Assembly: GCA_046331705.1 (NCBI GenBank)
Contig: JAXLQJ010000072.1
Span: 1 to 33,051 of the forward strand
Length of the DNA stretch: 33,051 nucleotides
Direction: 5' to 3'
Origin: a bacterium
GTDB taxonomy: Bacteria; JADJOY01
How positions within the stretch are numbered: the first letter of the stretch is position 1; every line of letters starts with the position of its first letter. The position numbers were made by a program, and so were the translations under genes. Positions 10,214-20,401 of the stretch are shown piece after piece. A model generated the notes under the pieces. The model made no database searches. It was given only the letters and a program-made list of their open reading frames with translations, and was not told the origin of the DNA.

Positions 10214-11644
10214 TCAGCTCTTCGGCGCCACACGCACGACGTGCGAAGCTCGCGTCTGGGGCGTGGTCAGGCTCAGCACCTCGCGGGTCGCGTCCCACTC
10301 GCTCGACCACGAGCCCTCGGTGTCGCTCACGATGAGATCCCAGCCATCGGGATAGAGGCGCGCTTCGGGGACGTAGATCTCGGTGGTTCCGGACGCGCCC
10401 GCGCGATCGCGGAACTCGAGCTCGAGGACGCGCGTGGCGGGATCGAACGACCACCGCAGCGGCTCGCCGGCAACGCGCTGCGGATAGGCGCGCACCAGCA
10501 GCGCCGCTTCGGTCGTCTCGCGATTCTCCCCATCGACGAGCAAGCCCGGGCGATCGTGGCTCCAGAACGTCCAGCCCGCTTGCAAGCGGTCGAACATGGC
10601 CAGCTGGTCGAAGAGGAAGTCGGCACCCGTGGCCGTGGAGGCGGCGGCACCGAACTCCCCGATGAAGATCGGATGACCGTAGGCCTCTCGGTCGGCGCGA
10701 CGGTTGGTCTCGAAGCGTTCCAGGAACGCGTCGAGACGCGCGCGATCGTCCGGGGTGTAGATCGCGGCCAGCGAGTATTCGTGGGGAAAGTAGGCGAGCC
10801 GCGGCGAGCCGGCACGCGGATCGTCGAGTCGTCCCAGGTACTGGGGCCAGCCGTCGCTCACCAGAAACGCAGTCGGCTCGTAGAAGATCCAGCCGTCGGA
10901 GTCGACGGTGCGGATCGCGTCGATGACGCGCTGGTAGAAGGGCTGCAAGCGGCCGCGATCCCACGCGTACGGATCCACCAGCCAGTGCGGCGAGAACGGC
11001 TCGTTCATGATCTCGTACCCGAGCACCGCCGGATGATCGCGAAAGCGCTCCGCGAGGTGCGCCCACATCGCGGCGTAGTGGTCCTGAAGCTCCGGATGGT
11101 CGCCGTCGTACTCGAAGAAGTTGTCGACGGCCCGTACCACCGCGGGCGACGCGTTGTTGAGCTCCCAGGTGTCGAAGTGGATGTTGGGCAAGCCGTCGGT
11201 GATGCACGCCCAGGCCGGTGCGCCATCGAGTGGCATGCCGAAGCTCAGCGACCAGCCGTCCTGGTGCATGTCGAGCACCACGAAGATGCCCGCCTCGGCG
11301 AACCAGTCGAGACGTTCCTGAATCGCATCCAGGTAGCTCTCGTCGTAGACGCCGGGCTCCGGTTCCACCCCGTCCCAGAGCACCAGGTAGCGCACGAAGT
11401 TGAATCCCCAGTCGCGGCGAATGCGCAGCACGTCGTCGCGCTCGACCCACGGCAGCCGTCGTTCGTCGTACTTGGCGCCACTCGCGACGTTCACGCCGTG
11501 CAGCACCAGCGCCCGCCCCGCGCCGTCGGTGGGAAACGCGGAGGGCTCGCTCGGCATGCCGCCAGACGACGCACAACCCGACGCAGCGAGCAGCATCATC
11601 CCCACCAGCGCAGCAACACCGACACGCCCGTGCCGTCCAGCCAC
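10214..11644 (-). CDS. GH5 endoglycoceramidase-like glycoside hydrolase lipoprotein
   Basis: Lipobox ASGC. Motifs LHGVNV, GFNFVRY..LWDGVEPEPG, LDMHQD, YEIMNEP (acid/base), IGEFG (nucleophile), plus a C-terminal RAYPQRVAGEP beta-sandwich typical of EGCase-type GH5. Confidence 0.88.
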   Translation of the reverse strand: MAGRHGRVGVAALVGMMLLAASGCASSGGMPSEPSAFPTDGAGRALVLHGVNVASGAKYDERRLPWVERDDVLRIRRDWGFNFVRYLVLWDGVEPEPGVYDESYLDAIQERLDWFAEAGIFVVLDMHQDGWSLSFGMPLDGAPAWACITDGLPNIHFDTWELNNASPAVVRAVDNFFEYDGDHPELQDHYAAMWAHLAERFRDHPAVLGYEIMNEPFSPHWLVDPYAWDRGRLQPFYQRVIDAIRTVDSDGWIFYEPTAFLVSDGWPQYLGRLDDPRAGSPRLAYFPHEYSLAAIYTPDDRARLDAFLERFETNRRADREAYGHPIFIGEFGAAASTATGADFLFDQLAMFDRLQAGWTFWSHDRPGLLVDGENRETTEAALLVRAYPQRVAGEPLRWSFDPATRVLELEFRDRAGASGTTEIYVPEARLYPDGWDLIVSDTEGSWSSEWDATREVLSLTTPQTRASHVVRVAPKS

Positions 11645-11868
11645 CGGAATGCGACCTCCTCTCGCTCGCCGTCATCGACCCGCGGCGAGGTCCGGAGGCT
11701 GGTACGAGAGTGCCGCACCGTGCAACCGCCGCCACGGAAAGCGAACGCTCGCGACTCACGAGGATCGCGCACGACGCCGATCCCATTGCGCGACCGACCC
11801 GATGGCGGTTCTACTCCCACTACCCGTCGCCGCCGAACGCGGCGCCCACTCTCGAGGGAGATCGCCAC

Positions 11869-12651
11869 GTGAGCGTTCCCGCACGTTTCGGATCGACGCG
11901 AATCGTCCTCGTCGCGCTGCTGCTGGTCGCCTTCGCGCGGAGCATGCCGGCGCGCGCTGCTGGCACGATCTTCCTCGCGCGCTGCGCGCCCTCGGGCTGC
12001 ACGTACTCACCCGGCGTGGACGACTCGACGACCAACCATTCGAGCCTCGTGAACGGCCAGAAGCAGCTCAGTGCCTTCCCACACGGCGACGCGTCGTGGA
12101 GCGAGCTCGTGGCGTGCGTCGCTCGCGCGTACGCGCCGTTCGACGTCACGGTCACCGACGTGGACCCCGGCACCAATCCGCATTGGGAGATCGCCGTCGC
12201 CGGCACGCCCGCCAACATCGGCCTGCCGTCGGGAGTGCTGGGCGTGGCGCCCTTCACGTGCAACGTCGTCGCGAACGGTGTCGCGTTCGCCTTCGCGGGA
12301 GCCACCCAGAACGTCGCACAGCTCTGCTGGACCACGGTCCAACAAGGCGGCAGCCTCTTCGGCCTCGATCACGAGTACCTGGCTGCGGACGCGATGACCT
12401 ATCTCGCCGACTCGCTGGAGAAGCGGTTCACCTCGACCGATGCACCGTGCGGAGAATTCTCGCCGCGCGCATGCACGTGCGGCGGCAGCACCCAGAGCTC
12501 GGCGACGTTGCTGCGCTCGATCCTCGGTCCCGCCGGGCCCGGCGCGGAAGTCTTCGCCGACGGATTCTCGGCACTGACCAGCGGCGAGCCCTCACCCGTC
12601 GAGTACGGCTCGACCTCCCGTTGGGACGCACAGGTTCCCGCCGCGCCTTGA
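11869..12651 (+). CDS. Secreted Cys-rich protein, metzincin-like with a degenerate zinc motif
   Basis: GTG 11869 after GAGGGAG; signal peptide. YAPFDVTVTDVDPG, QQGGSLFGLDH..DAM (compare HExxHxxGxxH plus Met-turn), C-terminal VFADGF..EYGSTSRW tail. Confidence 0.7.
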   Translation: MSVPARFGSTRIVLVALLLVAFARSMPARAAGTIFLARCAPSGCTYSPGVDDSTTNHSSLVNGQKQLSAFPHGDASWSELVACVARAYAPFDVTVTDVDPGTNPHWEIAVAGTPANIGLPSGVLGVAPFTCNVVANGVAFAFAGATQNVAQLCWTTVQQGGSLFGLDHEYLAADAMTYLADSLEKRFTSTDAPCGEFSPRACTCGGSTQSSATLLRSILGPAGPGAEVFADGFSALTSGEPSPVEYGSTSRWDAQVPAAP

Positions 12652-12694
12652 GCGCGGCGTCGCCGCGGCGCGACGACCTCGGCTCTCGTCAGGC

Positions 12695-13429
12695 TCAGCG
12701 CGTGCCGCAGAGCGCGCAATCGGGATCGCGGGCGATCGGGAAGGTGCGGAACTGCATGTTCGTGCCGTCCCACAAGAGGAGCTTGCCGTCGAGCGTGGTG
12801 CCCTGGCCGGTGAGGATCTTGAGGGTCTCCACCACCTGCAGGCAGCCGATCACCCCGGGAGTGGCGCCGACCACCGGGAAGATCTCGCGCGGCGGGGCCT
12901 CGGGAAACAGGCATTGCAGACACGCGGTGTCGGGCGGACGGAACACGGCGAGGCGGCCTTCCAATCCCCACACCGTGCCGTGGACGAGCGGGATGCGTTT
13001 GCGCATCGCGCACGCGTTGAGGACGAAGCGCGTGGGGATGTTGTCCATGCAATCGACGATCACCCGCGAATCGCCCACCAGCTCGTCGACGTTGTCGCTC
13101 TCGATGCGGGTGGTGATCGCCGTCACCTCGACGTCGGGGTTGAGACGCGCGATCGTCTCCTGACCAGAGACCGCCTTGTTCTTGCCGATGTCGGTGGGCT
13201 CGTGGAGGATCTGCCGATTCAGGTTCGACATCTCGGGGCTGTCGAAGTCGCACAGGCGAATGCGCCCCACGCCCGCCACGGCCAGGTACATCGTCACCGG
13301 CGAACCGAGCCCACCGGCGCCGGCCACGAAGACCGCCGACGACTTGAGCTGCGCCTGCGTCTCCTCGCCCCAGCCCTCGAGGAGCATCTGCCGCTTGTAG
13401 CGCTCGAGCTCGCGCTCCGAGAGTGTCAT
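12695..13429 (-). CDS. HesA/MoeB/ThiF family adenylyltransferase (no rhodanese domain)
   Basis: ERYKRQ, VAGAGGLGSP, SNLNRQILH, DCMDN, CLQCLFP, C-terminal RDPDCALCG. Confidence 0.93.
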   Translation of the reverse strand: MTLSERELERYKRQMLLEGWGEETQAQLKSSAVFVAGAGGLGSPVTMYLAVAGVGRIRLCDFDSPEMSNLNRQILHEPTDIGKNKAVSGQETIARLNPDVEVTAITTRIESDNVDELVGDSRVIVDCMDNIPTRFVLNACAMRKRIPLVHGTVWGLEGRLAVFRPPDTACLQCLFPEAPPREIFPVVGATPGVIGCLQVVETLKILTGQGTTLDGKLLLWDGTNMQFRTFPIARDPDCALCGTR

Positions 13430-13482
13430 CACGGCCCCCACGTGAGGTGTGCCTTCCGCGGACGCGCGGGTTGGCGCCGCGA

Positions 13483-13498
13483 GGCAACGCACGTGCCG
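13483..13498 (-). promoter_or_regulatory. Putative sigma54 promoter of the ThiF/MoeB gene
   Basis: The minus strand reads CGGCACGTGCGTTGCC, with GG-N10-GC spacing, about 55 bp upstream of the ATG. Confidence 0.55.
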
Positions 13499-13614
13499 TG
13501 CCACGCCGGCGTGACGAGCGCGGGCCTGGAATCAGGCCCCGATCGCTGCTGACCGTCACGCGCACGAAGCAATCGGCTGCGCGTCGGCACCGGCCGGTGA
13601 CGGCCGGCGCTCGA

Positions 13615-15150
13615 TCAGTCGCGCGAACGACGACGGCAGCGACGGCCGAGCATCAGCGCGACGAAAGCCAGCGGAGAGGCCGCAGCGCCGCCGCCGGAGA
13701 CGCGCGAGCAGCCACCCGTCGGGCCGTTCACCAGGAAGGCGCTCACCGCTCCGTTGTCGGCGCCCGGCGTGAAGGCGCCGAAGCTGGTCTTGCTGGACGC
13801 GTTGCGCGACGGCCACGCGTTCATCAGGTCGAGGGTGCCACCCTGCGGGCCGGTCTCGCCCTGCTTCGCGATGGCCTCGGTGGTGCCGTCGGGATGGTTC
13901 ACGAGAATGAGCTCGGGCCCGTTGTCGCCCAGCGAGGCCCACACGGCGACGTTGCCGGCGTTGTCCAGCGGCGTCATCGGACAGCGTGAGGCGGCCAGCC
14001 CGAGTATCTCACCGCCCGCCAGCGGGTCGAAGAACGACACCACCTTGCGGATCGCACCCTTGCTGCCGGCGAACCAACCGCCCGTGTAGCTGCCGTCGGG
14101 GAGCGCGACGTCGGCGTAGAACGCCAGCTGCCCCGAGAGATTCATCACCGGGTAGAAGAAGTCGAGATACGTGCCGCCGATCGGCGTCGCATCCGCGCTT
14201 GTCGCCACCCATTGCTTCGCGGCGCCGGTCGCGAGGATCAGCCCACGCTCGGTGGCGCCGCTCGACGTCGCGAAGTACGCGAGCTGGCCGCGATCGTTGA
14301 TCGCCGGCGCGCCGAGCGGCATCTCGGTGCCGTCGACGAAACCGAACCACTCGCGCGCCAGGTTCGTGAAGACTCCGCCGCCGGGCGCGAGTCCGCCGAC
14401 CGCGGCCTGTTGCGTGAGCACGCCGTTGGCGGCGGTGTAGACGTCCGCGGAATACGAGCCGGGGACCGTCTGGACGTAGAACGCCGCCGTGCCCTGGTTG
14501 TTGAGCGAGCCATGGCTGAGTGCGTAGATCTTCTCGCCGGACGGCAGCGGGTCGCTCACCGCGGCCACCTTCGAGATCGCATTGGTCGAACGCGTCCAGA
14601 GAAAGAGGCCACGCGGCGACGAGCCGCCGACGACATCGGCCATGAAGAGCACGTCGCCGCGCGCATTCACCGCGGGCGCGTACGCCGTCCCGTTGAAGAA
14701 TCCGCCGAAGGTCCCGCCGATCGGCGACGGATCGCCGCACGAGCCATGGGCACCGCTGCCGCCGCCCTGACCACAGCCCACCGCGATGGGCGTGAGCGTC
14801 GTCCCATCGGTCACGAAGATCGCTTGATTGCGCTCGACGCCGTCGATCCACGAGAAGAAGGCAACGCGGCCGGCGCTGTCGATCGTCGGCGGGTCCGCCC
14901 ACGGAAAGGCCGCCAGCATTCCGCCGCCGGGAACCGCCTGGCCGTACCACGCCCGAGCCTGCGTCACCATCGGCGCGGCCGCAGGCGCGAAGGTGGTGAG
15001 CGCGTTCGTCGCGGCGACGCCGGTTCCGGCGACGCGAGACTCGTCGTCGTGCAATCGCAGACGCGGGACTCCGCTCGCTGCGAAACCGAGGACGGGGGTC
15101 GCGACCAGCCACGTGCAGGCGAGAACGGCGGCGCGGATCGATCGCTTCAT
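13615..15150 (-). CDS. Exported NxxGxxAF tandem-repeat (probable beta-propeller) protein with a MYXO-CTERM-like tail
   Basis: Signal peptide. Repeats DSAGRVAF, NARGDVLF, NNQGTAAF, NDRGQLAY, NLSGQLAF, DNAGNVAV. Tail GGC..hydrophobic..RRCRRR. Confidence 0.82.
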   Translation of the reverse strand: MKRSIRAAVLACTWLVATPVLGFAASGVPRLRLHDDESRVAGTGVAATNALTTFAPAAAPMVTQARAWYGQAVPGGGMLAAFPWADPPTIDSAGRVAFFSWIDGVERNQAIFVTDGTTLTPIAVGCGQGGGSGAHGSCGDPSPIGGTFGGFFNGTAYAPAVNARGDVLFMADVVGGSSPRGLFLWTRSTNAISKVAAVSDPLPSGEKIYALSHGSLNNQGTAAFYVQTVPGSYSADVYTAANGVLTQQAAVGGLAPGGGVFTNLAREWFGFVDGTEMPLGAPAINDRGQLAYFATSSGATERGLILATGAAKQWVATSADATPIGGTYLDFFYPVMNLSGQLAFYADVALPDGSYTGGWFAGSKGAIRKVVSFFDPLAGGEILGLAASRCPMTPLDNAGNVAVWASLGDNGPELILVNHPDGTTEAIAKQGETGPQGGTLDLMNAWPSRNASSKTSFGAFTPGADNGAVSAFLVNGPTGGCSRVSGGGAAASPLAFVALMLGRRCRRRSRD

Positions 15151-15318
15151 GGATTTCCTCTCGATGCAGCCGTGGGCAGACCGTCCAGGAGATTAGGGCT
15201 CGCGACGCGCGAGGGACATCGCACGGACGTTGAACGAGACGCGGACCACGCGCGCCCGAATCCTCCGGCGCGCGTGGTCCGCGGATGCGTGACGTAGGTC
15301 ACAACGAATGCAGCACGC

Positions 15319-16515
15319 TCACTTCGATTCCGCGTACACGATGCCCTTCTTCTGCGCGTGCTCGCGGACGGTCTCGGCGACCTTGCTGTCGAAGGAATCC
15401 TTGGCACCGCTGGCTGCGGCGCGGGCTCGCTCGTCCGCCAGCAAGGCGTCCCGCTTGGCGACCAGCTCGTTCATCTGGCGCGTGAGCTCGGCGCGCTTCG
15501 CCACTTGCTGTTTCACGAAGTCGGCGCGCGCTTCCGGCTCCATCGCCTGCAACGCCGGCGGCAGGCTCGCGGCGGGGAGGTTCTCGACCCTCGCCTTTCC
15601 AGCGGCCACGTCCGCCACCAGATCGCCCTCGCCGGTCACGATCCCGCCGCTCGCGCCGCCGCGGGCGCTGAAGGTGGCCTTGTCGGCCGCCACCGCCGCG
15701 GGCGCTGCAGCGGCCACGCTCAGCTTCTCCTCGACCTCCTTGCGACGCTCGTCGCTGCCATAGCCCACCGCGGTCTTGCCGAGCTCGCGCGCCAGCGCGG
15801 CGATCTCGCCATCGACGGGCGTGGACACCGCCACCATGTCGCCGGTCTGGCCGAGCGCCACGAACTTGCCCTCGCCGAGCCGCGCGATCTCCTGCCAGAC
15901 GCGCGCCGTCTCGGTGTCCGCGCCGCACTGGATCGTGTCGATGACCAGATCCTTCTTCACCGCCGCTTCGACGATGCGCGCATAGGGCTGGTCCTGGGGG
16001 TAGTCCATGTGCGGCGGTGCATCACCCACCAGGAAGACGAGCTTGAGCGCCTTGCGGTCCTGGCTCCACGAGAGCTTGGTGACGGCGTCGGAGAGCGCTT
16101 GATTCACCGACTCGGGGCCGTCGCCGCCACCGTCCGCCTGAAAGCCGCGGAGCGTGCCGTAGACGGCGTCGATGTCCGCGCTCAAGTCGTGGACCTGAGT
16201 GACGTACGCATCGCCCCGGTCGCGATACGCCACCAACCCGATCCGGATCTCCGGCGTGGGCGTGGCGCGGATCATCTCGTTGGCGATCGACCAGATCTTC
16301 GACTTGGCGCCCTCGATGAGTCCGCCCATCGAGCCGGTGGTGTCGAGCACGAACGCCACGTCGATGCGCGGTTTGGCCGCCACCGGCGGCGCGTCGGTCG
16401 CGGCCGGCGAAGCCGCCGTCCGTGCGGTGGTGGCCAAGAGCGCCACGCTCGCGGCGCTCGCGACCAACGCCGCGCCGATCCAGCTCTTCGTGCTGCCTGT
16501 TGCCGTGGTCCGCAT
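15319..16515 (-). CDS. Secreted von Willebrand factor A domain protein
   Basis: ATG 16515 after GGAGG; signal peptide; DVAFVLDTTGSM, IGLVAYRD, GGGDGPES, LVGDAPPH. Confidence 0.9.
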   Translation of the reverse strand: MRTTATGSTKSWIGAALVASAASVALLATTARTAASPAATDAPPVAAKPRIDVAFVLDTTGSMGGLIEGAKSKIWSIANEMIRATPTPEIRIGLVAYRDRGDAYVTQVHDLSADIDAVYGTLRGFQADGGGDGPESVNQALSDAVTKLSWSQDRKALKLVFLVGDAPPHMDYPQDQPYARIVEAAVKKDLVIDTIQCGADTETARVWQEIARLGEGKFVALGQTGDMVAVSTPVDGEIAALARELGKTAVGYGSDERRKEVEEKLSVAAAAPAAVAADKATFSARGGASGGIVTGEGDLVADVAAGKARVENLPAASLPPALQAMEPEARADFVKQQVAKRAELTRQMNELVAKRDALLADERARAAASGAKDSFDSKVAETVREHAQKKGIVYAESK

Positions 16516-16591
16516 GGGTTCCTCCGTTGCTGTGGGTGAGGACGTGGAAGCGCGCCCGCACGCCGTTTGGTTCACTCGCCACCGACCCGCG

Positions 16592-18888
16592 TCACTCGAC
16601 GCGGTCGGCGGCCGGTGTGATCTCGTAGATGGTGCCGTCGACGCGCACCGTGAGCTCGCGGCCGAGCGCGAGCCAGGCGGCGGCAGCGCGCGAGCGACGC
16701 GCCAACTCGAAATACGCGGGCGATCCGAACACGAGCGGCTTGCGCGTCTCGCGCGGATGCTCCGCCACCTCGGCGTCGATCCAGCGCGTGCCGCTCGGAT
16801 AGAACACCTTCCCAGCGACGTGGCGGGGCTCGCCGTTGGCGGCGACCTGGAACGCCGCGGCCACGCCGCCGCTGCTCGCCGCGCCGGCGTCCGCCTTGGC
16901 GTCGCCCAGCACGCGGTTCACGATCGCCGCCTGCTGATCCAGCGACTCGGCGTGCTTGAGCGCATCGGTGACGCGGGCACCCGCAACCGCATCGGCGCCG
17001 GAGATCTTGCCCTCGAGCGCGCGGAACGCGGACGCCATCGCATCGCGGCTCGGCGCCTCGCGCGCCGCAGGCGGCACCGTCGCCACCGGCGCGGGGAGGT
17101 CCTTGCGGCGCTCGTCCTCCACGATCAGGTACGACGTGTACGGGGTGACGATGCCGTAGCGGCGCGCCAAGGACACGATCTCGTCGCGCAGCTCGGTCTG
17201 CTCGCCGTGGCGGCGGACCTCGTCGAGGAGCTGACCCACGCGCCGGGTTGCCCAGAGCCTGGGGATGAAGCCGTAGTCACCCGAGCCGCGCGCCGATGCG
17301 AACTCCACCGTGGCGGTCGCGGTGCGCTTCTCGCCGTTGGCCATTCCCTCCAGCACGACGCGCGCGCTTCCCGAGCCCGTGAACCGACCCAGCGCGACGA
17401 GCTGGTCGCCGTGGAAGAGATCGGGCAGCTCGCGCGGATAGACCTTGCTCGCGCGCACGTCACCCTCGACCCTGAGCGCGAGCCCCGTCAGCGCAGGCGA
17501 CGCGATGCGCTCGCAGAACGAGGACACCTCGCGCTCGATGTCCTGGCGCGAGCCCACGTACTGGGACCGACCGCGGGTCGCGTCGCTCAGGCCGTCGAGG
17601 AGGCGCGTATCGACGTCGTCGCCGACTCCGAACGAGAAGACCCGGGCGCCGGCGGCGCTCGCGCTGCCGGCGACGGAGGCGACGAGCCTCCCCGCGTCCG
17701 TCTCGCCCACCGTCGGCAAGCCGTCGGTGACGAGGACCACGACGAGGGGGCGACTCGCGTCGCGCTCGCGCGCCGCGGCGAGCCCCCGCGCCAATGCCTC
17801 GCCGATCGCGGTGCCGCCCGCTGCGTGGAAACCGGCGACGAACGAACGAGCGCGCTCGCGATTGCCGGCGTTCGCGGCGACGAGCTGCCCGAAGAACGGC
17901 TCGGCCTCGGTGCTGAAACGCACGATCTCGAAGCGGTCGCCGTCCTTCAAGGTGTCGATGGCGCGCGTGAGCGCACGCCGTAGCTGCTCGATCTTGGCGC
18001 CCGCCATCGAGCCCGACGTGTCCACCACGAACACCACGTCCTTGGCGAGCACCACCTGGCCCTCGCCCAGGGCACCCGGTGACGCGAGCAGCAAGAAGTA
18101 GCCGTCGTCCTCGGCCGAGTCGCGAAACGTGAGCACGCCGAGCCCCAGCCCCGCGCGCTCGGCGGTCGTGTAGAAGAGCCGGAACGCCGCGTCCGGGCGG
18201 GCGCGACTCTGCTCGAACCCGACCAGCGCCTCGCCCGCGCCCTTTCGCTTCACCTCGACGGTGTGGCTCGGCGACCACACGCTCTCGAGCGGCTGGCGGC
18301 TCTCGATGTGGACCTCGACGGAGACGGTGTCGATGGGCCCCGCGCTCAGCTTCTCGGTCTCGAGCGGATACGTGTACTCGATCGTCGCGCCATCGCGCGG
18401 CAGCACCTGGGTGTACGCGAGCTTGACCCGCCGCGTGGCGTGGGGCTCGATCGGGAAGACGCGCACACGGAAGGCGCCCCGATCTCCGTACTCGAGCAGC
18501 GCCGGATCGCGCATGCGGCGCACGATGTCCTCGTAGATCGTCCGCGCCCGCGCCGCGTCCACCAGCTCGGCATCCTGCTCCTTGCCGTCGATCTCGATCG
18601 AGAAGCGGCTGACGGCGGCGTTGGTGGGAGCGGAAACCAGTAGTCGCCCTCCACGCGCCGCTCGCCGGGATTGCGAAAGACCTGGTCGACCTCGGTGATC
18701 GCGACCTGGTCGCGAATCGCCACGCGCACCCGGTGCGATTGGATCTCGAGCGGCGCGAACGGCGGATGGCCGGGCGGCACCACCGCGGCCGTCTGCACCA
18801 CGATGAACCCGTCGGCGCGCGCCGCCGGCGGCAAGCACGCGAACCCGACGACCACGGCAAACGATCGCCACCAACGACGCCACGCCAT
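16592..18888 (-). CDS. VIT plus vWA domain protein (inter-alpha-trypsin-inhibitor-like), frameshift near 18630
   Basis: VIT start (EVDQVFRNP..EGDYWFPLP) in ORF 18346..18888 joins ORF 16592..18883 (YEDIVRRMRDPALLEY, DVVFVVDTSGSM, GGTAI, VTDGLPTVGE, YGIVTPYTSYL). Confidence 0.9.
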
Positions 18889-18990
18889 GACGCGCCCTCC
18901 CGAGCGAGGGCCCGCGCGATGGCTCGCGCTCCGGTTCCTCGCGCCCTGGAAGCGCGCGAGCGAACCGAAAGGTTCAGCGTCGCGACGCGA

Positions 18991-20190
18991 TCAGGAGCGG
19001 CCCTTCATGCCGTAGCGCTTCAAGATCCGCCGCGCGACCACCTCGATGTGGACCTCGTCGGCGCCGTCGTAGATCCGCGCCGCGCGTTCGTGGGCCCACC
19101 AGAACGCGAGCGGAGTGTCGTCGGTGACGCCGAGGCCGCCGAGCGTCTGGATCGCGCGATCGAGCACCCGCTGCAACGTGCGCGCGACCGTGAACTTGAT
19201 GAGCGAGATGTCCTCGCGAGCCGCGTAGACCCCTCGGTCTCGATCCGCCAGGCGGCGTGCAGCACCATGAGCCGCGCGGCGTTGATCTCGGCGCGGCTGG
19301 TGGCGATCCACTCCTGCACCATCTGCTTGGTGCCGAGCGGCTTGCCCGGGCGAGCTCGCGGGTGGCTGCGTGGCGGCACTGGATGTCGAACGCGCGCTCG
19401 CAGATCCCGATCCAGCGCATGCAGTGATGGATGCGGCCCGGCCAGGCGCATCTGCGCGATCGCGAAGCCCATCCCCTGCTCGCCCAGCAGATTCGACGCC
19501 GGCACCCGCGCGCCGTGATAGGCGACCTCACCGTGGCTGGCCCAATCGCCGCCGCGGTGACCCATCACCGACAGGTTCTCGATCAGCTCGAAGCCGGGCG
19601 TCGAGGTGGGCACGAGGATCATGCTCGCCCGGCGGTGCGGCTCCTCGGCCTCGGGATCGGTCACCGCCATGCAGATCGCGAACGCCGCACCGTCGGCCGA
19701 GGACGAGAACCACTTGTGGCCCCGGATCACCCACTCGTCGCCCTCGCGTACGGCGGTGGTGCCGAGCCAGACGGGATTCGAGCCCGCGTACTCGGGTTCG
19801 GTCATGGTGAAACAGCTGCGGATCTCGCCCCGCACCAAGGGGCCGAGGTAGCGCTCCTTCTGCGCGTCGGTGCCGAACTCCATCAGGATCTCGATGTTGC
19901 CGACATCCGGCGCCTGGCAGTTGAAGACGTAATGACCGATCGGGTCTTTCCCAGCTCTTCGCTCATGTGCGCGAACTCGGTGAGGGGAGCCCGGCGCCGC
20001 CGTGGGATTCGGGACGTACGCCGCCCAGAGCCCGGTCTCCCGGGCACGCGCGGGCCTTGGCGAGCGCTGGCAGCATCGCCTTGAAGCCCTCGTTGGCGAG
20101 GCCGCGCTCGAGCGGGAAGACCTCCCGCGCCATGAAATCGCGCAGCGTGCTGCGAATGCCCTCGATGCGTGCGGACGGCGAGAAGTCCAT
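18991..20190 (-). CDS. Acyl-CoA dehydrogenase (several apparent frameshifts)
   Basis: Starts MDFSPS after GGAGG. Motifs FNCQAPDVGN, SCFTMTEPEYAGSN, GHKWFSS, GRIHHCMRWIG, DRAIQTLGGLG, RIYDGADEVH. Confidence 0.92.
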
Positions 20191-20401
20191 GGTCGGTTCC
20201 TCCAGCGGACGATTCGTCCCGAGCATAGGCGAATCGCCCACGGAATTCCGGGGTGGCGCGAGCGGACGGCGCGCCAGCGGCACGCGCACGTCGCGCACGA
20301 TCTCGGCTCCGGTCCCGGCGCGGCGATCAGGATCGATCGCGACCGCGGGTTTTCGCTGATCGGGGATTGTCAGCACCGAAACGCTGCGCGAGGATGCACC
20401 C

